From an uncultured Erysipelotrichaceae bacterium (GTDB taxonomy: Bacteria; Bacillota_I; Bacilli_A; Erysipelotrichales; Erysipelotrichaceae), in assembly GCA_964457525.1 (NCBI GenBank), contig CAYWGS010000031.1:1-14767 (forward strand): DNA of 14,767 nucleotides, given 5' to 3'. The translations under genes and the position numbers were made by a program. The notes beneath the pieces were generated by a model that was given only the letters and a program-made list of their open reading frames with translations, did not search any database and was not told the origin of the DNA. Shown here piece after piece: positions 8,398 to 14,767 of this stretch; positions within the stretch are counted from its first letter, which is position 1, and each line of letters begins with the position of its first letter.

Positions 8398-9198
8398 ATG
8401 AAATTTAGCGTTTTAGCGAGTGGTTCAAAAGGGAATTGCACATATATACAAGCTGGTTCAACCCAGCTTGTTATTGATTGTGGCATGACAAAGCGATATT
8501 TGACACAATCTTTTCACAATCTTGATGTAGACTTGAATCAGGTTGATGCATTACTGATTACACATGATCACAGTGATCATATTGCACAACTCAAAATATT
8601 TAAGGAAGTGAGAAAAGTAATATCACCAATCTTATTAGAGGGTAGAGAAGATTGTGAAGTTTGGATGCCCTACATGAAACATCATATTAATGATGTGGAG
8701 ATTATGCCAATCGTTCTCTCACATGATTGTGACATGATTTATGGGTATATTATTCAACACCAAAATGAGAAATTGGTTTATATTACAGATACAGGGTATA
8801 TTAAGTCAAAAGACTTTACTCTAATTAGTAATGCGGATTATTATATTATAGAAAGTAATCATGATGTGGATTTATTGATGAAATCCAGTCGACCCTATCC
8901 AACTAAACAAAGAATACTTTCGGATACAGGTCACTTAAGTAATGAAGACAGTGCGTACATTATTTCTCAATGTGTCACTGAAAAAACAAAAGAAATTGTA
9001 TTAGCGCATTTATCACAAGAAGCCAATTTACCTTCACTTGCTCTACAATGTGTATATGAAGCATTAGAAAAAGAAGGGTTAAATCCAAATCGTTATAAGA
9101 TTCGTTGTGCTGCTCAATCAGAGATATTGCAAGGAGGATTCGAGGATGAAGAAATTATTAACTACAGGACTAATCTTAGCGTTGCTCATCTGGAATAG
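8398..9198 (+). CDS. yycJ: MBL-fold metallo-hydrolase of the YycJ/WalJ type
   Basis: MKFSVLASGSKGNCTYIQAG...LVIDCG matches the YycJ N-terminus, and the THDHSDH metal motif is present. The gene lies upstream of htrA-rlmH as in Bacilli. I chose the 8398 start, 1 nt after the M23 stop, rather than the track's 8386. Confidence 0.85.
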   Translation: MKFSVLASGSKGNCTYIQAGSTQLVIDCGMTKRYLTQSFHNLDVDLNQVDALLITHDHSDHIAQLKIFKEVRKVISPILLEGREDCEVWMPYMKHHINDVEIMPIVLSHDCDMIYGYIIQHQNEKLVYITDTGYIKSKDFTLISNADYYIIESNHDVDLLMKSSRPYPTKQRILSDTGHLSNEDSAYIISQCVTEKTKEIVLAHLSQEANLPSLALQCVYEALEKEGLNPNRYKIRCAAQSEILQGGFEDEEIINYRTNLSVAHLE

Positions 9199-10228
9199 TG
9201 TCTTAACCTATGAAGTATTCTTCAATCAAAAAACAGATACTACGGTTAATCCAGAAGGAACAGTTGTACAAACCGTTGTGACGGAGTTTAATACTGATGT
9301 CACTCGTGTTGTGGAAACATCTATTGAAAAGGTAGTAGGAATTCAAGCGATTCAATTTGATGAAGTATTTTCTACGGGTAGTGGAGCAATCTTTGATAGT
9401 AAAGATGGTTTAGTTCACATTGTTACGAACAATCATGTGGTAGAAAATGCCTCAAAAATTCGTGTAGTCTTTGCGAATGGTGAAGAAGTCGAAGCGAAAT
9501 TAATGGGTTCGGATGTATTTACCGATTTAGCGTTACTCGAAGTTGAAGTTGATTTTGAAGTTAATCCATTTAAACTAGGCGATTCATCTTTAGTTAAAGT
9601 CGGTGAAAATGCTTTAGCCATTGGTAGTCCTCTTGGTCTAGAATTCCAAGGTTCTGTCACAATGGGTATCATCTCCGGGAAAGATCGTGTTGTGCCTGTT
9701 GATCTCGATAACAATGGTTCAGATGACTGGGATAGTATTGTATTACAAACAGATGCGGCGATTAATCCTGGGAATAGTGGTGGTCCACTCATTAATTTGG
9801 CGGGAGAATTAATTGGTATTACTTCAATGAAGATTGCGGATAGTTCAGTTGAAGGTATGGGATTTGCGATTCCTATTAATGAAGTGATGCCAATCATCCA
9901 ACAAATCAAAGAAAATGGTAAAGTTATTCGACCTGTTGTTGGGATTTCTGCTGTGAGTTTAGATGAACTTGCGGTTTATCAAAAGAGTTATTATGGAATT
10001 CGTTTAGATTTAAATGCAGGACTTTATGTCATGAGTGTTATGGATGGAAGTCCAGCTCAATTAGCAGGTATCAAAGAAGGGGATGTCATAACAACCTTTG
10101 ATAATATCAGTATTACCAGTTTCAAAGAGTTTAGAAAATTACTCTACTCTAAGAAGGTTGGAGATGTTGTATCCATTAGTTATGAAAGAAACGGTAAAAC
10201 ATCAAGTGTAGATGTTAAGCTTAAATGA
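9146..10228 (+). CDS. htrA: HtrA/DegP-family membrane-anchored serine protease with a C-terminal PDZ domain
   Basis: The ATG at 9146 follows AAGGAGG (9131..9137) by 8 nt. The N-terminal TM segment is MKKLLTTGLILALLIW. The catalytic triad contexts are TNNHVV, FTDLALL and GNSGGPL. The PDZ-like C-terminus contains GSPAQLAGIKEGDVI. The track's 9107 start is an unlikely extension. Confidence 0.9.
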   Translation: MKKLLTTGLILALLIWNSVLTYEVFFNQKTDTTVNPEGTVVQTVVTEFNTDVTRVVETSIEKVVGIQAIQFDEVFSTGSGAIFDSKDGLVHIVTNNHVVENASKIRVVFANGEEVEAKLMGSDVFTDLALLEVEVDFEVNPFKLGDSSLVKVGENALAIGSPLGLEFQGSVTMGIISGKDRVVPVDLDNNGSDDWDSIVLQTDAAINPGNSGGPLINLAGELIGITSMKIADSSVEGMGFAIPINEVMPIIQQIKENGKVIRPVVGISAVSLDELAVYQKSYYGIRLDLNAGLYVMSVMDGSPAQLAGIKEGDVITTFDNISITSFKEFRKLLYSKKVGDVVSISYERNGKTSSVDVKLK

Positions 10229-10695
10229 TAAAGATTGTTTGTGTAGGTAAGTTAAAAGAGAAAGCAATCACTTTATTGGTGGATGATTATCTACGTCGTA
10301 TTGTTCCTTATTCAAAGATTGTGATAGAGGAACTTAAAGATTATCCAAACTTTGATGATGAAGCGAGTAATCGAATTACAATTGAAAAGGAATCAAAAAT
10401 GATTCTTGATAAAGTAAGTAATGATGATTATGTTGTTCTTCTTGATTTAAGAGGGAAATATTACTCATCCGTTGAAATAAGCCACGTGATTGATCAAGCA
10501 AGTACTTATGGTTCAAAGAATATTGTATTTATTATTGGTGGATCGCTTGGGGTTGATGAAAACGTATTAAAGCGTGCTAATGTCGTTTGGAAACTATCAA
10601 ATAATACATTTCCACATGGTTTAGTGCGTGTATTAGTATTAGAACAAATCTTTAGATCGTATCGAATTTTAAATAATCATGCCTATCATAAGTAA
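10225..10695 (+). CDS. rlmH: 23S rRNA (pseudouridine1915-N3)-methyltransferase RlmH (SPOUT family)
   Basis: The 156-aa product contains MIKIVCVGKLKEK...IGGS.G........A.....LS..TFPH...R..L.EQ.YR......N..YHK. An ATGA overlap joins it to the htrA stop. Confidence 0.9.
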   Translation: MIKIVCVGKLKEKAITLLVDDYLRRIVPYSKIVIEELKDYPNFDDEASNRITIEKESKMILDKVSNDDYVVLLDLRGKYYSSVEISHVIDQASTYGSKNIVFIIGGSLGVDENVLKRANVVWKLSNNTFPHGLVRVLVLEQIFRSYRILNNHAYHK

Positions 10696-10709
10696 GAAAA
10701 CGCTTACAT
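10694..10709. promoter_or_regulatory. cre-like palindrome (candidate CcpA site) overlapping the rlmH stop codon
   Basis: AAGAAAACGCTTACAT matches WTGNAARCGNWWWCAW at all but one position (T to A at position 2). It lies within the inverted repeat GTAAG-N6-CTTAC (10692..10707). Its position, upstream of a terminator and ~80 nt before the presumed ptsH TSS, is atypical. Confidence 0.25.
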
Positions 10710-10719
10710 TATTAAAAAA

Positions 10720-10746
10720 GGGACTTTTATAGAAAGCCCTTTTTTG
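10720..10746 (+). terminator. Rho-independent terminator ending the rpsF...rlmH cluster
   Basis: The stem GGG(A)CTTT / AAAGCCC has a 5-nt loop and is followed by TTTTTT (10740..10745). An A-tract precedes it. Confidence 0.8.
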
Positions 10747-10775
10747 TTGTATTTAATGAATTTATAGGCTAAAAT
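10747..10775 (+). promoter_or_regulatory. Candidate ptsH promoter: TTGTAT - 17 nt - TAAAAT
   Basis: The -35-like TTGTAT is at 10747..10752 and the -10-like TAAAAT at 10770..10775, immediately after the upstream terminator and ~28 nt before the ptsH start. The -35 matches only 3 of 6 positions. Confidence 0.4.
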
Positions 10776-10802
10776 AGAAACAACAAGTAGGAGGGTATTT
10801 GT

Positions 10803-11069
10803 GTGAAGCAAATTAATGTTTTAGTCATTGATCCAGTTGGATTGCATGCACGTCCAGCAACAGTCGCTGTTAGTGCAGCTAGCCGTTTCAAATGTGAAGT
10901 CAAGGTTGCGTTTAAAGGTCGTTCAGTTAATATGAAATCAATTATGGGTGTTATGTCATTAGGCATTCCAACTCAATCAGAAGTTATGATTTCTTGTGAA
11001 GGTGAAGACGAAGAAGAAGCAATCAAGACGATTGAAGACGTATTAAGAACTCAAAAGGTCATTCAATAA
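10803..11069 (+). CDS. ptsH: Phosphocarrier protein HPr (His15 and Ser46 both present)
   Basis: The product is 88 aa with a GTG start 8 nt after AGGAGG. GLHARPAT carries the active His, and NMKSIMGVMSLG carries the regulatory Ser. No ptsI is adjacent. Confidence 0.92.
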   Translation: MKQINVLVIDPVGLHARPATVAVSAASRFKCEVKVAFKGRSVNMKSIMGVMSLGIPTQSEVMISCEGEDEEEAIKTIEDVLRTQKVIQ

Positions 11070-11083
11070 AGAATGCATAAAAT

Positions 11084-11106
11084 GAAGATGATCTCATCTT
11101 CTTTTT
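11084..11106 (+). terminator. Weak intrinsic terminator after ptsH, abutting the pgm RBS
   Basis: A 7-bp stem GAAGATG / CATCTTC (3 GC pairs) has the 4-nt loop ATCT and is followed by TTTTT (11102..11106). The pgm RBS AAGGTG begins at 11109. Confidence 0.6.
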
Positions 11107-11118
11107 ATAAGGTGAACT

Positions 11119-12804
11119 ATGGAAAAAATAATTGAACATTGGAAGAATCATCCTAATTTAGATCCTAAATTAAGAGAAGAAATGAATCGTTTATCTGAAA
11201 CAGAATTAAAAGATGCATTCTATACCAACTTAGAATTTGGTACAGCAGGGATGCGTGGACTTTTAGGAGTTGGTTGTAATCGACTCAATGTCCATACCAT
11301 CCGGAAAGCAAATGTAGCGTTTGCACGTTACTTAAGCCAATACCCTAATGTACATAAAACGGGTGTCGCAATCGCGTATGATAATCGTTATATGTCAAAA
11401 GAGTTTGCACAAGAATCCGCTAACGTATTAGCAAGCTTTAATATCCCATCCTATGTCTTTACAACGCTTAGACCTACGCCTGAACTATCTTTTGCGGTAC
11501 GTGAGTTAGGGTGTGAAGGTGGAATTGTCATCACCGCATCTCATAATCCAAAAGAATACAATGGGTATAAAGTCTATGATCGCAAGGGATGTCAGTTGAT
11601 TCCTGAACTCATCGATCAAGTTATTGCGGAAATTAATAAAATTGATGATGAACTTTCCATAGAAGTCAATCTCTCAGATAATCAGAGAGCTCTTATTCAT
11701 TGGATTGATCATGAAATAGATGATGTCTATATTAAACGTGTTCTAGAAATTCAAAATCGTCCAGAAATGGATAAATCGAATCTTAATCTTGTGTTCACAC
11801 CGCAACATGGTACAGCCCTTATTCCTGTTACCGATGTCTTTAATAAAGCAGGTTATCCTTATATTCTTGTGGATGAACAATGTTCCTTTGATCCAGATTT
11901 TCCAAATACGAAGTCGCCAAATCCTGAAGAAAAAGTTGCCTATGAAAAAGCAATTGATTTAGCACGTAAAGTCAATGCGGATGGTGTACTAAGTACCGAT
12001 CCTGATGCGGATCGTGTTGGAATAGTGGTTAAACATAATAATGAATATATCTTACTAACAGGTAATCAAACAGGTTCTATTTTAATTGAGTATTTACTAA
12101 AAACTAAAACACAATTAAATACATTACCTAAAAATCCAGTTATTTTTAATACTGTCGTCACATCCGATCTTGGTGAAAAGATTGCGAATCATTATGGAGT
12201 TGAAGTTGAAAAGACATTAACGGGATTTAAGTTCATTGGTGAGAAGATCGCGAAATACGAACAAACTCATGAAAAGAATTTCGTGTTTGGATATGAAGAA
12301 AGTTATGGATACTTAGTAGAACCATTTGTACGTGATAAAGATGCGATTCAAGCATGTTTACTCATTGCGGAATGTATGAGTTATTATAAGCATGAAGGTT
12401 TAACCTTAGTCGATGTCTTAAATAATCTTTATGAACGTTTTGGTTATCATCATGAAGATCAAGTATCACTAACCTTAAAGGGTAGTGAAGGATCACAAAA
12501 GATTAAATCCATTCTTAATCACTTTAGAACAAGCTCTATCGATGAGTTTGCGGGTATTAAAGTTATTGGTAAAGAAGATTATCTATTAGGTGAAAAAACA
12601 TATAAAGGGGTTCAATCAAAACTCGATTTCCCTGCTTCTGACGTAATTAAATTCTACTTAGAAGATGGTACTTGGTTAGCCATCCGTCCTTCTGGTACAG
12701 AACCAAAATGTAAGTTCTATTTCTGTGTTCTTGGTAAGAGTAGTCAAGAAGTTAAGGATAAGTTTGTTTTAATTAACGAAGCATTAAAAAAGCACCTAGT
12801 TTAA
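11119..12804 (+). CDS. pgm: Alpha-phosphoglucomutase (phosphohexomutase superfamily, PgcA-like)
   Basis: The product is 561 aa. It carries the active-site loop TASHNPKEYNGYKV, the metal loop DPDADR, the sugar loop GYEESYG and the phosphate loop RPSGTEP. Confidence 0.9.
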   Translation: MEKIIEHWKNHPNLDPKLREEMNRLSETELKDAFYTNLEFGTAGMRGLLGVGCNRLNVHTIRKANVAFARYLSQYPNVHKTGVAIAYDNRYMSKEFAQESANVLASFNIPSYVFTTLRPTPELSFAVRELGCEGGIVITASHNPKEYNGYKVYDRKGCQLIPELIDQVIAEINKIDDELSIEVNLSDNQRALIHWIDHEIDDVYIKRVLEIQNRPEMDKSNLNLVFTPQHGTALIPVTDVFNKAGYPYILVDEQCSFDPDFPNTKSPNPEEKVAYEKAIDLARKVNADGVLSTDPDADRVGIVVKHNNEYILLTGNQTGSILIEYLLKTKTQLNTLPKNPVIFNTVVTSDLGEKIANHYGVEVEKTLTGFKFIGEKIAKYEQTHEKNFVFGYEESYGYLVEPFVRDKDAIQACLLIAECMSYYKHEGLTLVDVLNNLYERFGYHHEDQVSLTLKGSEGSQKIKSILNHFRTSSIDEFAGIKVIGKEDYLLGEKTYKGVQSKLDFPASDVIKFYLEDGTWLAIRPSGTEPKCKFYFCVLGKSSQEVKDKFVLINEALKKHLV

Positions 12805-12824
12805 ACTAGGGATAGGGGGTCCAT

Positions 12825-14651
12825 ATGTACAAACAAAAAATCGTTGAATCGTTTCATGAAGGACATTGCTTAGATGCTCATAAATACTATGGTGCTCATT
12901 TTGATTATGACAATGCCCCAGGGGTTCGATTTACTGTCTATGCACCACATGCGAAACATGTGCAATTATTGGGTTCTTTCAATTATTGGAGTAAACCGAT
13001 TGATATGAATCGTCTTCATGATGGTTCTTGGACTGTATTTGTGCCGGATGTGGCAGAATGGACACTCTATAAATATCGTATTGAACAAGCGAATGGTGAA
13101 TGGGTCGAGAAAAGTGATCCTTTTGCCTTTGCGTCTGAGTTAAGACCAAAATCAGCGAATTTGGTTGTAAATTTGAATAATTTCCCATGGCGTGATGCGA
13201 TGTGGGTTAATCGTAGAGAAAAGAATTTTGATAAACCACTTAATATCTATGAATTGCATTTAGGAAGTTGGATGAAACGCGATGCACATCAATGGTTAAA
13301 CTATGAAGAAATCGCACATAAACTCATACCTTATATTAAAGAAATGGGTTATACCCATATTGAAATCATGCCACTAACAGAATATCCATTTGATGGTTCT
13401 TGGGGATATCAAGCGCATGGTTATTTCTCATTAACGAGTCGATATGGTACACCTAAACAGTTTATGACTTTTGTGGATGAATGCCATTTAAATGATATTG
13501 GAGTTATCTTGGACTTTGTGCCAGTACATTTTGTGAAAGATGCCTTTGGCTTACGTCAATTTGATGGATCACCACTTTATGAGTATCCAAACTCAAGTGA
13601 CGCGAATAGCCAATGGGATACGTTAAACTTTGATTTGTGGAAAGAAGAAGTTCGTAGTTTCTTGATGTCTTCCGCAAGTTTCTGGATTGAGATGTATCAT
13701 GTGGATGGTTTACGTATTGATGCGGTTTCTAATATTATCTTCTGGCATGGAAATAAACAAAACGGAGTTAATGATGGGGCTACAGCGTTTATACGGAGAC
13801 TCAATTATTATCTAAATACGCGTTATCCTGGCATCATGATGATGGCAGAAGATTCATCCGATTTCCCTAAAGTCACACATCCAACCACTGAAATGGGTTT
13901 AGGTTTTGACTATAAATGGGATTTAGGATGGATGAATGATACGCTCAAGTATTACAGTTTAGATCCAGTTTACCGTCAGTTTCATCACCATCAATTAACA
14001 TTCTCGATGGCTTATTTCTATTCAGAGAACTTTATTTTACCTTTATCCCATGATGAAGTTGTGCATGGTAAGGGTACGATTATCAATAAGATGTGGGGTG
14101 ATTACAAGCAAAAGTTTGCGCAAGCACGTAATCTTTATGCCTATATGTATGCACATCCTGGTAAGAAGTTAAACTTTATGGGAAATGAGTTAGCTCATTT
14201 TAGAGAGTTTGATGAGAATGTTGAGACAGATTGGTTCTTATTAGGTTATTATTCTCATAATACATTTAATCGATATATGCGTGATTTATCGCATATCTAT
14301 AAATATCATAATGCATTAAGTTTCAATGACTATAAACACAATGGATTTAAATGGATCGATGCGGATAATGCAAGTCAGTCGATCTACAGTTATTACCGTG
14401 AAGATGAAGAGAGTGTCGTGATCGTAATCTTGAATATGACGCCTGTTTCGTATGAAAACTATCGCATTGGTGTTCCTTATAAAGGAAGCTATACCGAAAT
14501 CATCAATACAGAAAAAGATATCTATGATGGATGTAATATGTGCAACTTTGAGCCTCTTGTGTCTGAAAAACATGAAGCCCACCGTTTTGATAACAGTATT
14601 TTAGTCCGAATTGCACCGTTTGCGGGTATTTATTTGGAAATGAAAAAGTAG
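12825..14651 (+). CDS. glgB: 1,4-alpha-glucan branching enzyme (GH13, CBM48 N-terminal module)
   Basis: The product is 608 aa. The CBM48-like segment is GVRFTVYAPHAKHVQLLGSFNYW. The GH13 regions are DFVPVHF, GLRIDAV, MMAEDSS and LSHDEVVHGK. An RBS AGGGGG lies upstream. Confidence 0.92.
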   Translation: MYKQKIVESFHEGHCLDAHKYYGAHFDYDNAPGVRFTVYAPHAKHVQLLGSFNYWSKPIDMNRLHDGSWTVFVPDVAEWTLYKYRIEQANGEWVEKSDPFAFASELRPKSANLVVNLNNFPWRDAMWVNRREKNFDKPLNIYELHLGSWMKRDAHQWLNYEEIAHKLIPYIKEMGYTHIEIMPLTEYPFDGSWGYQAHGYFSLTSRYGTPKQFMTFVDECHLNDIGVILDFVPVHFVKDAFGLRQFDGSPLYEYPNSSDANSQWDTLNFDLWKEEVRSFLMSSASFWIEMYHVDGLRIDAVSNIIFWHGNKQNGVNDGATAFIRRLNYYLNTRYPGIMMMAEDSSDFPKVTHPTTEMGLGFDYKWDLGWMNDTLKYYSLDPVYRQFHHHQLTFSMAYFYSENFILPLSHDEVVHGKGTIINKMWGDYKQKFAQARNLYAYMYAHPGKKLNFMGNELAHFREFDENVETDWFLLGYYSHNTFNRYMRDLSHIYKYHNALSFNDYKHNGFKWIDADNASQSIYSYYREDEESVVIVILNMTPVSYENYRIGVPYKGSYTEIINTEKDIYDGCNMCNFEPLVSEKHEAHRFDNSILVRIAPFAGIYLEMKK

Positions 14652-14679
14652 TGACCAATCAACACACACGTGTTAGAAT
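14651..14679 (+). promoter_or_regulatory. Candidate internal promoter ahead of the last gene: GTGACC - 17 nt - TGtTAGAAT
   Basis: The -35-like GTGACC is at 14651..14656, overlapping the glgB stop codon. The extended -10 has TG at 14671..14672 and TAGAAT at 14674..14679. The spacer contains the palindrome ACACGTGT. Confidence 0.35.
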
Positions 14680-14704
14680 GGAAAAGGTATTTTAGGGAGG
14701 CACT

Positions 14705-14767
14705 ATGTTTAAAGATAAATTTGAATTCAAACGCGATTTCACACAACGCGTTGTGGAACTGTACGGA
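14705..14767 (+). CDS. glgP: First 21 codons of a probable glycogen/maltodextrin phosphorylase; the ORF runs off the window
   Basis: An RBS AGGGAGG lies 6 nt upstream. MFKDKFEFKRDFTQRVVELYG resembles Firmicute GlgP N-termini (..FK..F...L....G). It does not resemble GlgC (..AMILAGGQG..) or GlgA (MKILF..SE..PF.KTGGL). Only 21 aa are visible. Confidence 0.45.
   Translation, partial: MFKDKFEFKRDFTQRVVELYG

Noticed and set aside
9433-9909. 158-aa - strand ORF inside htrA
   Set aside because: It is antisense to the well-supported HtrA catalytic domain. The product is Ser/Thr/Pro/Ile-rich and low-complexity, with no RBS. It is a shadow ORF.
1-14767. Search for CRISPR repeats, tRNA/rRNA genes, toxin-antitoxin pairs, defence-system-like cassettes, and long non-coding or tandem-repeat regions
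   Set aside because: None was found. Intergenic gaps are at most ~230 nt and are accounted for by promoters, terminators and the leader. All long ORFs have confident housekeeping assignments apart from the N-terminal domain of the M23 protein. I therefore do not claim a novel multi-gene system in this window.

Overview
This AT-rich window looks like a low-GC Bacillota (Firmicute) chromosome. TGA is used as a stop codon, so it is not a Mycoplasma-type code. Apart from one element, every gene is on the + strand and the content is core housekeeping. (1) At the left edge, on the - strand, is the 5' part of an IS30-family transposase (1..957). It runs off the window and is missing from the supplied ORF track. 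(2) A very tightly packed, apparently single-promoter cluster follows: rpsF-ssb-rpsR-yybS-gdpP-rplI-dnaB-(LysM/G5/M23 peptidase)-yycJ-htrA-rlmH (1185..10695). It begins with a near-consensus extended -10 promoter and a hairpin that sequesters the rpsF SD, and it ends with a clear intrinsic terminator. (3) A monocistronic ptsH (HPr) lies between two hairpin terminators. (4) A glycogen/glucose-phosphate block, pgm-glgB plus the first 21 codons of a probable glycogen phosphorylase, runs off the right edge. I found no CRISPR array, tRNA/rRNA, toxin-antitoxin or recognisable defence cassette, and no large unexplained non-coding stretch. I do not think this window holds a novel multi-gene system. 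The points most worth a second look are the IS30 copy next to the rpsF promoter, the membrane-anchored M23 hydrolase with an unassigned ~210-aa N-terminal domain sitting where Bacilli carry walRKHI, the rpsF leader structure, and the orphan ptsH joined to the glycogen genes through a weak terminator that abuts the pgm RBS. All domain and family calls come from by-eye motif recognition. No database search was run.
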